A DNA stretch of 64,000 nucleotides from a virus (lineage: Duplodnaviria > Caudoviricetes): IMG/VR virus record IMGVR_UViG_3300034082_002867, positions 1 to 64,000 of that record. One strand, given 5' to 3'. Position numbers and translations under genes: made by a program. The notes below the pieces were generated by a model that saw only the letters and a list, made by a program, of their open reading frames with translations, had not been told where the DNA came from and made no database searches. This document shows, one piece after another, positions 6,165 through 15,135 of this stretch (position 1 is the first letter of the stretch; each line of letters begins with the position of its first letter).

Positions 6165-6536
6165 TTAATATTTAGACCAGCCTCCTGACCAATAATCATC
6201 TCCGTAGTGAATAAAAATTTCTTCTTCAGCATTTATTTCTTTTATTGTTTTTATGCAAATACCATTACTTGTAGTTACCCATATAGCATTATTATTATCG
6301 TTATGATTGTAAATTGAGATGTGACCCAATGCAATAACATAATTATCTTCGTTTTTAGGAAAAGAAAAAACAATTTTTCTAAGATTTTCAGGAGTATCTT
6401 GCCATTTACTAGCCCAACAACTGCTAAATGGAGAATGTTCCACTATGACATCAGCACAATGATGTATTTTTGTAAAGACACCAAGACCTCGCGTAGTATT
6501 TCTAATCTCTAAAGAAGAAGAAATAAAATAATTCAT
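6165..6536 (-). CDS. SET-domain lysine methyltransferase
   Basis: RGLGVFT, IYNHND..N, KEINAEEEIFIHYGDDYW match SET motifs GxGxF, NHS and EEIxxxYG. Confidence 0.85.
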   Translation of the reverse strand: MNYFISSSLEIRNTTRGLGVFTKIHHCADVIVEHSPFSSCWASKWQDTPENLRKIVFSFPKNEDNYVIALGHISIYNHNDNNNAIWVTTSNGICIKTIKEINAEEEIFIHYGDDYWSGGWSKY

Positions 6537-6787
6537 TTGTTTTCTAAGAACTGTTTTAATCTTTTTTGATTATCTGTATTTAATATTATAAAATCAGACC
6601 AAGGCTTTCCGTATCTAAGGATTTGCCAACACCATCTTAATCTTTCTGACCATCTTAAGATTCTGCCATCCATTCCTCTTTCAAATAGACTCAAACACAC
6701 TTCTTCTTCGCCTTCGAACTTCTCGACAAGAAGTCCATGACTAAAACAATCGCAAATAAGAAATGCCGAATCTTTTTCTTCTTTCAT
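6533..6787 (-). CDS. Hypothetical protein
   Basis: ORF track; coupled overlaps. Confidence 0.6.
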   Translation of the reverse strand: MKEEKDSAFLICDCFSHGLLVEKFEGEEEVCLSLFERGMDGRILRWSERLRWCWQILRYGKPWSDFIILNTDNQKRLKQFLENK

Positions 6788-7374
6788 TCTATTCTGATAT
6801 TTCTTTCTATCTTATAAAGCGTAGTAGATAAGAAAGATAAAACTTTAATGGTTTTAAAGAATATAAAACTAACGCTGCGATTATACGGCTTTACAAAATA
6901 CTTGTATTTCCAAGTCTGTCTAAATTGATAGTTTTCTTTATTTTTCTTGGCAAACTCGGCATCTCGGATCTTTCTTTTGGCGTTTTCATTCGCTTCGAAA
7001 TTAATAATCTTTACTGAAGATATTTTGCCGTTAATAAATACAGCTTCGTAAGTTATGAAGTAATCATAATCAGTCTTATTAGAATCAATAAAATCATAAA
7101 ATTGTATTGTACAAGTATTAGTCAAAGGTTCAAGCCAAGTCTTTATGGTTTTTAAATGACCTATTTTACTTAGGAAGCCTTCGCCATTTGGATCTCCTTC
7201 TATCCATTCTGTATCTCGACGTTCAATAAGCAATTGACCATCTTTATCAATAATATAAACATCTAAAGCGCATTCAAAATCTTTAGTTTGAAAGCCATGC
7301 GAACCAGTATAACCTTTTGGGTCTTCTGGCATTGGCAATGGAAAATAACAATCTACACTATTATACATTCCCAT
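6784..7374 (-). CDS. Hypothetical phage protein
   Basis: ORF track; MGMYN...FQTKDFECALDVY pattern typical of phage hypotheticals. Confidence 0.65.
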   Translation of the reverse strand: MGMYNSVDCYFPLPMPEDPKGYTGSHGFQTKDFECALDVYIIDKDGQLLIERRDTEWIEGDPNGEGFLSKIGHLKTIKTWLEPLTNTCTIQFYDFIDSNKTDYDYFITYEAVFINGKISSVKIINFEANENAKRKIRDAEFAKKNKENYQFRQTWKYKYFVKPYNRSVSFIFFKTIKVLSFLSTTLYKIERNIRIE

Positions 7375-7377
7375 AAA

Positions 7378-7608
7378 TTAATTTCCTTTATTTTTAAACT
7401 CTTGCACATCATACAAGAAATTGCGAAACAACTGATAATCCTCAATATCGACTAAAGGCACTCCATTAAGCTTGTAATCTTTAACATAGTCCAAGATGGT
7501 ATCAACATAATAAGATGGAATAATAATATTCTTTCCATCATACTTTAAATCGTCACTTTGAACAAGTATCTTGTCATTAATATTCTTCATATATAAATCT
7601 TTAATCAT
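7378..7608 (-). CDS. Hypothetical protein
   Basis: ORF track; preceded by TTGACT-N16-TATTAT promoter at 7616-7643. Confidence 0.6.
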   Translation of the reverse strand: MIKDLYMKNINDKILVQSDDLKYDGKNIIIPSYYVDTILDYVKDYKLNGVPLVDIEDYQLFRNFLYDVQEFKNKGN

Positions 7609-7645
7609 TTCGTTTATAATAATCTATGCTCAGACATAGTCAAGG

Positions 7646-8038
7646 TTAATTTGATAATTTTTCAATATTACCTTCAGTGTCTGAATAAAAAACCTCATTG
7701 ACGTTGTATGACTTAATTAAGCTCAAACAGCCGGGACACGGTTTACTGTTAGCTAAACGGCCTTTCCTGTCAACTCTAAGAACGATCATAGAGTGATCGT
7801 CGAGATTGTCAAGCCCTGATTTGAGAATGACATCTAACTCCGCATGAGTACCAACGTATCCATCGTGATACGGATGTTTCGCGATTTTGGGGTGAGTTCT
7901 TTTTCTATTCCAACCAATTTTAACTATCTTATTTTTCTTGATAAGAAAAGCTATATGAGAATTGTTTACGTTCTTCCAATTGGTGGGGCATAAAGCGTGC
8001 GCGGTTTCAACCGCTCGTTTCAATATTCGCAACTTCAT
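7646..8038 (-). CDS. Zn-dependent cytidine/nucleotide deaminase-superfamily protein
   Basis: HAE...SKPCPGC. Confidence 0.85.
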   Translation of the reverse strand: MKLRILKRAVETAHALCPTNWKNVNNSHIAFLIKKNKIVKIGWNRKRTHPKIAKHPYHDGYVGTHAELDVILKSGLDNLDDHSMIVLRVDRKGRLANSKPCPGCLSLIKSYNVNEVFYSDTEGNIEKLSN

Positions 8039-8332
8039 TTACGACCAGATACGATGTTTTTCACGGATAACTTCTTTTCCATTTATAGCATCGACCCGCC
8101 ATTCAACATCATCTGGTATTTCTACAATCTTTAATGTAGTATACAAACCATTGGCTTTAGCACCAAGTTTTTGCACAGCTTCTACAAGTAAAGGATGACT
8201 TCTATCATTATCAAAAGCATAAGCATTTATTTGCGACTTGGCTTTTGGGTTTTTTATCTTTTTTTGAATAAGTGATATAGCATCAGCACTTATAGCAAAA
8301 TTACTATAAGAAGTATTAATTACGACTTGCAT
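8039..8332 (-). CDS. Conserved phage hypothetical protein
   Basis: ORF track; RSHPLLVEAVQKLG...LKIVEIPDDVEW. Confidence 0.7.
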   Translation of the reverse strand: MQVVINTSYSNFAISADAISLIQKKIKNPKAKSQINAYAFDNDRSHPLLVEAVQKLGAKANGLYTTLKIVEIPDDVEWRVDAINGKEVIREKHRIWS

Positions 8333-8486
8333 ATATTGAAATTAGTTTTTCGAGTTCGTCACAGACGGTTTTAATATCTGCGGTTAATTGGCTAGGTTGG
8401 ATTCCGACTTCATCCATCGTGCGGTCATCTTCTCCGGTACGCCATTTATTGTATGCGCGAAGACGTTCTATAGATTGTTCAATCAT
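8316..8486 (-). CDS. 56-aa hypothetical protein (not in ORF track)
   Basis: Hand translation MIEQSIERLRAYNKWRTGED... Confidence 0.6.
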   Translation of the reverse strand: MIEQSIERLRAYNKWRTGEDDRTMDEVGIQPSQLTADIKTVCDELEKLISIYASRN

Positions 8487-8489
8487 GAG

Positions 8490-8849
8490 TTAAATAAAAA
8501 TTTGGTTTAAATATAGCTTGAATATTATCCAGATAGTAAAAATGTGCCACACGTTATCAACAACGATTAATGACCACGGTGCAAGAGGTGGTTTTGTGAA
8601 ATTCTTTTGCCCTATAGTTCTCATGTACCAAGGTATTAATTGCCATCTATCTTGTATGTAATGTGTTATAAATAAAACGATAAATGCTGTAGGGTTCCAT
8701 ATAGAACCCATTAAACATACGCAACTCGCCCAAATTAAACAGTGAAGCGCACAAATGTAATTATCTTTTTTCTTGTTTTCAGCGATAAAATCAAATTGCA
8801 GCAGATAATCTGCTACTAAATGTCCTATGATTGCTGAAGTTAAGTCCAT
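8490..8849 (-). CDS. Membrane protein, DUF3307-like
   Basis: GHLVADYLLQ...LH...HYIQD...DNVWH, hydrophobic helices. Confidence 0.75.
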   Translation of the reverse strand: MDLTSAIIGHLVADYLLQFDFIAENKKKDNYICALHCLIWASCVCLMGSIWNPTAFIVLFITHYIQDRWQLIPWYMRTIGQKNFTKPPLAPWSLIVVDNVWHIFTIWIIFKLYLNQIFI

Positions 8850-9049
8850 TACATCCTCGCTTCTATATCATCTATCGAACCATACTCATTATAAATATAA
8901 TCAAACAGCCAATCTTCGGCGTAAATAGTTATATTTAATTCTTTTGTTAGATTGTCGTATAATGCGTGCTGTTTGGCATTCATATCTCTGATTTCATCAC
9001 GGGTTTTGCAAATCAGTTCGTATTGTTGGGGTGTAAATTTCATTTCCAA
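8849..9049 (-). CDS. Hypothetical protein
   Basis: ORF track. Confidence 0.6.
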   Translation of the reverse strand: MEMKFTPQQYELICKTRDEIRDMNAKQHALYDNLTKELNITIYAEDWLFDYIYNEYGSIDDIEARM

Positions 9050-9378
9050 AATATTTGAAGCGCGACTATACTAGCGCAAAAAAATAACAATGTCAACGTC
9101 TTTAAGTTTAATTTTTCACCAAAATGATAAGAAGTTAAAATTGTAAATAATACTATACCGATACTGAATGTAAGTATTCTATTCGGCCAAATTAATCCGT
9201 TAAAGTGTTCATTGATTAGTTTGATTGCGCGAATAGATATTAAAGTTGATGGTACGCTTATCCATATTAAATAGTATTCATACTTCTTAAACCATTCAGA
9301 TAAAAATTGTCCATGTATTTGATACCATCCAATTACATAAACTAAGCTAAGTAATAATATTGCTAATAGTAGTTTCAT
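9040..9378 (-). CDS. Four-TM small membrane protein (SMR/DMT-like size)
   Basis: Four hydrophobic segments in 112 aa. Confidence 0.55.
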   Translation of the reverse strand: MKLLLAILLLSLVYVIGWYQIHGQFLSEWFKKYEYYLIWISVPSTLISIRAIKLINEHFNGLIWPNRILTFSIGIVLFTILTSYHFGEKLNLKTLTLLFFCASIVALQIFWK

Positions 9379-10047
9379 TTATATCCACAGCATATCCATG
9401 TGGTCTACGAATAATTGTAAACCTTGTTTTTTACGAGTTTCGAGTTGATCGCATGTTTTTGTATATTCGTCCCAAGCTTGTTTTGCTTCAAGAGTTCTTT
9501 CTCTATTGAAGTAATTTTTATCTTTAATGTCCGAACTACACGATTTAGGAAAAGGTGCATACTTATCAGGATCGATAATATAATCAAAAGCAAAAATCAT
9601 TTCATCCAAAATGCGATTGATTTCTTTTTCACCGATCTTTTCCGCTTTTTCTCTATCTTCATCTTGTAGATTGTCATAATTACTAGGCAAAAATTTCATT
9701 GGGATACCCATCTTACCTTTTTTCTTAAAATATTGCAAACGAGGAACCATATATTTAGCAATATTAGTTTCTAAAGAGTAAACTTCATCATCGGAAACTC
9801 CATAACGGAATTTCTGATATTGGCATTTGATCCACCAACGCAATTCATTATAATTTCCTCTGAGTCCCCATCCAAGTCGATAAGGAAGAAAATCAATAAA
9901 CTCATCTACATATTTATTATAAATATAATAATCATTAGCTTTTCCTTCAAACATCTTGTCTAGTTTTACTTGTTGATCATGCCAGTCTTTAAGACGTTTT
10001 TCTTTTTGTTCTAGCGTTTCGAAATCAAATTGTAATTGATAGCTCAT
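9379..10047 (-). CDS. Hypothetical phage protein
   Basis: ORF track. Confidence 0.65.
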   Translation of the reverse strand: MSYQLQFDFETLEQKEKRLKDWHDQQVKLDKMFEGKANDYYIYNKYVDEFIDFLPYRLGWGLRGNYNELRWWIKCQYQKFRYGVSDDEVYSLETNIAKYMVPRLQYFKKKGKMGIPMKFLPSNYDNLQDEDREKAEKIGEKEINRILDEMIFAFDYIIDPDKYAPFPKSCSSDIKDKNYFNRERTLEAKQAWDEYTKTCDQLETRKKQGLQLFVDHMDMLWI

Positions 10048-10418
10048 AGTGTTTTATTATAAGAATCAATATAAGATTCTATATTGTATTTTCCTATGGG
10101 ATTCATAGAATGCACAACATACGGTGGATGTTTAATTCCACGCTCCATACAGTAATTTACTAACCATTTAGCTGCGTCATATCCTGTCTTTTCCTTATAA
10201 GAATCATAAGGAATATCATCGTTATTTAAACCGTGGCCGTAATGAATATCTGCTAGATCGTGATCGTAACAAACATACTTTGGAACTTCTCTTCTCAACG
10301 TGATTAAATCTACAAATTCCTTGTAGCTTCGTACAACAGAATAATGTTGATCAACTGGTATGTTAACCCAAGTGACATCGGTTGGGACGCGAATATCATC
10401 AAGCCATAAATTATACAT
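10044..10418 (-). CDS. Cyclic-phosphate-processing receiver (cREC)-like domain protein
   Basis: LWLDDIR.P, VRSYKEF, YDHDL, TGYDAAKWL, VHSMNPIG. Confidence 0.75.
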   Translation of the reverse strand: MYNLWLDDIRVPTDVTWVNIPVDQHYSVVRSYKEFVDLITLRREVPKYVCYDHDLADIHYGHGLNNDDIPYDSYKEKTGYDAAKWLVNYCMERGIKHPPYVVHSMNPIGKYNIESYIDSYNKTL

Positions 10419-11169
10419 AATTAAATAATCCCTTTTTTATTTTAAAGTGAACTTGATGAATAGTCAAGTTTAATTCGTTTGCTGCTTCTTTTATTGATTT
10501 CCATATCTTTAAGGTTTTGGGGCATTTGATGCTCCTCCATCTCCAAGGAGCTTCAGTAAAATGATTCTTTTTGTATTCAATAAATAAATTTTCAAAAGAC
10601 CAAAAATATCCTTTTGCGCTTTTAGTTATTTTTCTACAGCATCCAGATATAGCTTGGTGTTGAATTCCAGTTTTATTTTCAGCATCTAATAAAGAATCGT
10701 ATTTTTTTATAAAATTACCTTTTAAATCAAATTGATAAACAGTTTTATATTGAGATTCTGATATTTTCTTTTTGCTTTCTGAAGTATGTTTATGACCTAA
10801 ATGAGCTAGACTCATATTTCGGCGACTTTCGTCTGTATGCTTTAGTCCTAAATTCGAATAAGCTGCTGGGCATAAATTATATCCTTTTTTTCTGTCAGAA
10901 CTTCCAAAAAAATCAATCCAATATTGTTCTCTTTCTTGAAGATTATTAACGTCAATAAATTCTACAACTTCCCAACTAAAATTTTCTTTTCCGTATTTTT
11001 TATACGCAGCAAGCAAATGTTCATTATAATGTTTTTCTCTATTCAAAAGAGTTCTATGCGCTTTCCATCTTTTTCTAATATTTTTAGAACTACCAATATA
11101 AATTTTTTGAGTTATTTTGTTAGTTATTTTATAAATTCCGCTTTGATTTAATGGACTCTTTATGTTCAC
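10411..11169 (-). CDS. Free-standing GIY-YIG homing endonuclease with NUMOD3/NUMOD1 repeats
   Basis: GIYKITNKITQKIYIGSS; KHTDESRRNMS, KHTSESKKKIS; VYQFDLKGNFIKKY. Confidence 0.92.
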   Translation of the reverse strand: MNIKSPLNQSGIYKITNKITQKIYIGSSKNIRKRWKAHRTLLNREKHYNEHLLAAYKKYGKENFSWEVVEFIDVNNLQEREQYWIDFFGSSDRKKGYNLCPAAYSNLGLKHTDESRRNMSLAHLGHKHTSESKKKISESQYKTVYQFDLKGNFIKKYDSLLDAENKTGIQHQAISGCCRKITKSAKGYFWSFENLFIEYKKNHFTEAPWRWRSIKCPKTLKIWKSIKEAANELNLTIHQVHFKIKKGLFNYV

Positions 11170-11226
11170 TAACTATGTTACACTCAAAAACGAAATTATC
11201 ATCAAGAAAAATATTATATTTAGTTA

Positions 11227-11901
11227 TCATAGCTCAAATGCGGCAATTGTATGTTGGAAAGGGTTGCCTTCTATATTCTTTACTAGATTTAACATCTCAG
11301 CAGCAATCTCTCGGATTTCTTTCTGAGCATCAGGCTTGTTGCGAAGCTCAAGGAAGTGATAAAAACTGCGCCAATTAAACATAACGTCAGCTTGAATTTG
11401 AGAATTATAAGCCTTAAAGAATCGAGCAGATTCCTTAGCTCGCTTGCGACCTAAACTTGGTTCAAGATCTTTAACGCATTGATGATAAAGAGTATTGCCA
11501 AGGTGAGTGTAATCTTCAAGTATTGTAGTCCATTTACTATTTTGGACTCCTTCTTTATCAAAGGTAGATTCAATATCTCCCCAATCACTAGGAATCAAAT
11601 ACTTATCTTCCTTTATCTCCTTGTACCTAGCAGACTCTCCATTAATAGATACGCCGACTCGATGCTTAAGAAGATGAATGTGACTAGCAATATCAGTATC
11701 TACTAAGAAGTGAATGCTAGACTTTTCAAAGGGAGTATGATGCCCCGCATCAGCGAGCATCTTAAGGAGCTTAGGGATTCTATTAATTTTATCTTCATTT
11801 AAATCTCGGCTTGTAGAAGTCCAAGCTGAACAAGCATGAACTTGATCATTGCCATAATAGCCAAGCAACTGAACTTTGTTGTCGTTTTTATCGTTAATCA
11901 T
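11227..11901 (-). CDS. thyX: FAD-dependent thymidylate synthase
   Basis: GHHTPFEKS, HLLKHRVGVSINGESARY, NWRSFYHFLELR..AQKEIR. Confidence 0.93.
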   Translation of the reverse strand: MINDKNDNKVQLLGYYGNDQVHACSAWTSTSRDLNEDKINRIPKLLKMLADAGHHTPFEKSSIHFLVDTDIASHIHLLKHRVGVSINGESARYKEIKEDKYLIPSDWGDIESTFDKEGVQNSKWTTILEDYTHLGNTLYHQCVKDLEPSLGRKRAKESARFFKAYNSQIQADVMFNWRSFYHFLELRNKPDAQKEIREIAAEMLNLVKNIEGNPFQHTIAAFEL

Positions 11902-11902
11902 T

Positions 11903-12358
11903 TTACTTTATCCCTGCTTCAACGTAAGTCATAGACACTTCCTTGTTATTAATCAAGAATTTACGATTAGATAAATGAGCTTGTGCGACTTTGTCTTTAT
12001 TTTCTCCATTGTAAGCTACTGCATAATGACTAATAATCAACCAATCATTAAGAACAGTATTATCTTTTGGATTAATAATTTTGCCAAGCAAACGTCCAAA
12101 CTTTTCTTCGCTGTCACTTAGTACAGTCTGTAGGATAATTTGACCTTCGCATTTGTCAATGAATTCTTTGACTTTATTTTTACTGAGAGTCCCGAAAACT
12201 TTTTCTGCCTTATCGGATGTTCGGCTTTCAGGAGTGTCGATCCCAAGAAGACGTACACTTTGATTGGACAATACTACATTAAATCCTAGATCAAGATCGA
12301 CATTGATAGTGTCGCCGTCTATTACTTTATTTACTTTTGCGTGATATTCGAAAGGCAT
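11903..12358 (-). CDS. Thermonuclease (SNase-like)
   Basis: VIDGDTI..D..VRLLGIDTPE..KFGRLL. Confidence 0.9.
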   Translation of the reverse strand: MPFEYHAKVNKVIDGDTINVDLDLGFNVVLSNQSVRLLGIDTPESRTSDKAEKVFGTLSKNKVKEFIDKCEGQIILQTVLSDSEEKFGRLLGKIINPKDNTVLNDWLIISHYAVAYNGENKDKVAQAHLSNRKFLINNKEVSMTYVEAGIK

Positions 12359-12361
12359 AAA

Positions 12362-13159
12362 TTATATATTTGAGAATTTTTTTATTTCTAACTTACCGTT
12401 GCTAAATACTATATACTCATTTAGTCCGTTGTCAATGCAAAGATTGTCGCAATCTGCTGGATTCACATTGCCATCTAAATGATGAGGATTAACTCTACCG
12501 TTTTTATGATAAGTGTGACCAACGATTTGTTTTAATCCTTCAATAGGTTGAAACTCTTGTTTAAAATCTAGCCAAACAATTCCTCCACCTTTCTTGGGAC
12601 CACCTCGACTTCGGCCAGCATAATAAAACCAATGATTTTGATCTGTCCGTAAAGCAATGTTTGCGCGTTCTATTTCTTTCACAAAAAATAGATTCAAGTC
12701 ATCATTATTTTTAACAGATGGATCTATGTAATCAGAAAACAGTCCAGCATGAGTACAAAGATAGTCATCAATCCAAAAACGCCATTTGAATTTGTTGGTA
12801 ATATTCTGACGCTCAGATCCTAGTATTTCATCGATAGCAAAATACTTTCTATCTTCATATCCACTACATATAGTATAATGATTATTGAATAAATAATGCA
12901 AATCATGATTACCAAAAAGAGTATAATTATTTGGCGCAGATAGATATCGCATCAAATAATCAGCAGTCTTTTTGTAATCATCGGAATCGTCCAAATTAAA
13001 ACTATCAAACCAATCGCCAAGACAAATATTTATGTCTGCCGATTCGTGCTGAATAATCTTATTGAACTTCTCAATGTTATTGTGAAGATCAGAAAGTAAT
13101 ACTATTTTCTTATTGTGACTATCGAATGTCATTTCTAAATTGTGTTTTAAAAGGATCAA
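12362..13159 (-). CDS. Calcineurin-like metallophosphoesterase (start may be ATG at 13132)
   Basis: SDLH, LGDWFD, GNHD, THAG, GHT motifs. Confidence 0.88.
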   Translation of the reverse strand: MILLKHNLEMTFDSHNKKIVLLSDLHNNIEKFNKIIQHESADINICLGDWFDSFNLDDSDDYKKTADYLMRYLSAPNNYTLFGNHDLHYLFNNHYTICSGYEDRKYFAIDEILGSERQNITNKFKWRFWIDDYLCTHAGLFSDYIDPSVKNNDDLNLFFVKEIERANIALRTDQNHWFYYAGRSRGGPKKGGGIVWLDFKQEFQPIEGLKQIVGHTYHKNGRVNPHHLDGNVNPADCDNLCIDNGLNEYIVFSNGKLEIKKFSNI

Positions 13160-13496
13160 TCGTTGGTTTGCTGATTATGATTCTTGTATTAGTTTCGTTT
13201 TCTTTAACTTCTAACCATTTGACTTCAAAGTCGCCTTTTTCATTTCCACTCATTTCTAGCGTTCGATCATTAACATGAAAAATAATACCGTGGACATGGA
13301 GCTTAGTAATGGGCATGCTAGTTCCTAATCCAACGTTATCTGATCCTCCAATACCAAGATTGCCATTATTAAGTGAAAAATCTTTTGACGGTTGAATATT
13401 CTCTTCTGCTTTGATTAGAGATGGAGTCGCTGCTGCCGCTACAAAACCGCCGAATATAGATTTAAAGAATCCCTTACGAGTGAATTTCATACTCAT
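13119..13496 (-). CDS. Exported protein with Tat-like signal (TRKGFFK) and GNLGIG/GLGT..P.TKLHV.G motif
   Basis: N-terminus resembles S/T-R-R-x-F-L-K plus hydrophobic stretch and IKA cleavage site. Confidence 0.55.
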   Translation of the reverse strand: MSMKFTRKGFFKSIFGGFVAAAATPSLIKAEENIQPSKDFSLNNGNLGIGGSDNVGLGTSMPITKLHVHGIIFHVNDRTLEMSGNEKGDFEVKWLEVKENETNTRIIISKPTIDPFKTQFRNDIR

Positions 13497-13507
13497 ATAT
13501 TATAACT

Positions 13508-13924
13508 TTACTTGTCATAATCTATTTTTCCAATGACGTTTATGCGAAAAGTATTAGTTACTTTTCCATCATTAGAACTGGTTATAATGTAGCTCTCTTC
13601 AATCGTACCGTCAAGAAAAAAAATAATTTTTGTTGCAGATGATTCTATAATTTTTAAATCGTTAGTTATTGCGGCGAGTTCATCTGGATTCTCAAGAGAG
13701 TTTATAGTGTATTCTTCATCGAAAGATAATTCAATATCTTTTTGATGGTATGCTGCTTGATGACGTTTGTTTATTAAAAATGTTTTTAAATTCTCTCGCG
13801 CTTCTTGATACCTGTTTCCGTTGAAAGAATCAAAATTAATAACAATCGCGGCAATTATTGATAATAAAATCGTAGTTGCCAATACTATCTCTATAAGAGT
13901 AAACCCTTTGGATTTACCAATCAT
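13508..13924 (-). CDS. Type IV pilin/pseudopilin-like protein (GspH/FimT-like)
   Basis: KG|FTLIE class III signal with E5, hydrophobic helix, C-terminal IFFLDG beta strands. Confidence 0.85.
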   Translation of the reverse strand: MIGKSKGFTLIEIVLATTILLSIIAAIVINFDSFNGNRYQEARENLKTFLINKRHQAAYHQKDIELSFDEEYTINSLENPDELAAITNDLKIIESSATKIIFFLDGTIEESYIITSSNDGKVTNTFRINVIGKIDYDK

Positions 13925-14198
13925 TATATTTTGGTAGTTTTTCTAACTCTTTTTGTCTTTCAATAGCTCGTTTTAAAATGGTTTTTAACTCCATTAGTGC
14001 TGTCTCGTAAGAAACACAAGTTATTTCTATATTATCGGTGACATATCCATGATGTAACACTCTATATTTTGGCTGCTCGCCATAAGACCAGCGCGTTTCT
14101 ATATACCAATGACAGTCTTTATCTTTATGGTGATCGCCGCTGATAAGATCGTGCCATTCTTCAGATAACTTTACTATATCTTTTTGTATGTCAGTCAT
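13914..14198 (-). CDS. Hypothetical phage protein
   Basis: ORF track. Confidence 0.65.
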   Translation of the reverse strand: MTDIQKDIVKLSEEWHDLISGDHHKDKDCHWYIETRWSYGEQPKYRVLHHGYVTDNIEITCVSYETALMELKTILKRAIERQKELEKLPKYNDW

Positions 14199-14412
14199 GA
14201 ATATCTATGTGTCGAGCGTTAAGTTCATCATACAAAATTGTATGAATGGTGTCAAGAGCTTCACTCACATTTTCGAAATCGTTACCGTGCTTGCGGTAGC
14301 TTCTTAATCTTTCAGCAAGATGACAAATCACTGCATACATATCAGCAGATTGGTTTGCTATTTCAAATTGCTTTTGATCTTCAGGAAGATTGAATTCTAA
14401 GATTGCTTTCAT
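14191..14412 (-). CDS. Hypothetical phage protein (MKAILEFNLPED type)
   Basis: ORF track. Confidence 0.7.
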   Translation of the reverse strand: MKAILEFNLPEDQKQFEIANQSADMYAVICHLAERLRSYRKHGNDFENVSEALDTIHTILYDELNARHIDIHD

Positions 14413-15070
14413 ATTTTAAAATTTGTTCACCGATGTATTTAGTATACGCAGGAGGAATGGCTTCAGTTAATTCCCAACCACGACCTGCCCAAGGCATATC
14501 CATTACCTTGCGCCAAACATCGATTGAGCCTTTGCGACGACTCTTGCCGGTAACGCTCATATCGCGATAATCGATGCCATTATCTTCGGCGTATTTTTTA
14601 GAATATCCACGTTTAGTAATGCTTTTTAATTCTGCAACTGGAAAATTACATTCAAAATATCGCGTTCTTTCGATTGGCATATTAAACATATAGCCAGTTA
14701 ACTTAAACGGTTCTATAAGATATTCTTTTGCGCCAGCAACGTTTTCAATAATATAATATTTACCAGTATTGATTAGCGCACTGCGAACTGGCTCAATTAG
14801 TTTTGGCGTGTCTTTGCCTTGAGAGTAATGAACGTAGACTGAATCAGGCTTTGTAGCGTTACTATATCCCTGACAAGGAGGTGATGCGTGAATAACGTCA
14901 AATGAGCCAAGAAACTCTTTATCTTTCAGGATTTCCATTACATCTCCTTTAATGAATTTAAAAGGATAACTAGGCTGATCTTTAATATCAACTCCGGTCA
15001 CTTCGAATCCTGCTTGGCTGTAACCCATGCTGGCTCCACCAGCGCAACAAAATAAATCAAGTAATTTCAT
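14381..15070 (-). CDS. DNA cytosine-5 methyltransferase, short type
   Basis: DLFCCAGG (motif I), ASPPCQ (IV), IENV (VI), AIPPAY (X). Confidence 0.9.
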   Translation of the reverse strand: MKLLDLFCCAGGASMGYSQAGFEVTGVDIKDQPSYPFKFIKGDVMEILKDKEFLGSFDVIHASPPCQGYSNATKPDSVYVHYSQGKDTPKLIEPVRSALINTGKYYIIENVAGAKEYLIEPFKLTGYMFNMPIERTRYFECNFPVAELKSITKRGYSKKYAEDNGIDYRDMSVTGKSRRKGSIDVWRKVMDMPWAGRGWELTEAIPPAYTKYIGEQILKYESNLRIQSS

Positions 15071-15135
15071 AAATTTGTAAAGGAAATGTAAAAATTGTAT
15101 CTTTTTGATTGTTTAACGTGTCAATTATTGTAGAT

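Noticed and set aside
10411-11901. GIY-YIG as an intron ORF within thyX
   Set aside because: ThyX appears complete before the GIY-YIG gene, and no group I core motifs flank it
15098-15125. TTGACA site upstream of the methyltransferase as a promoter
   Set aside because: Spacer to the best -10 (TACAAT) is 19 nt, unlike the other sites
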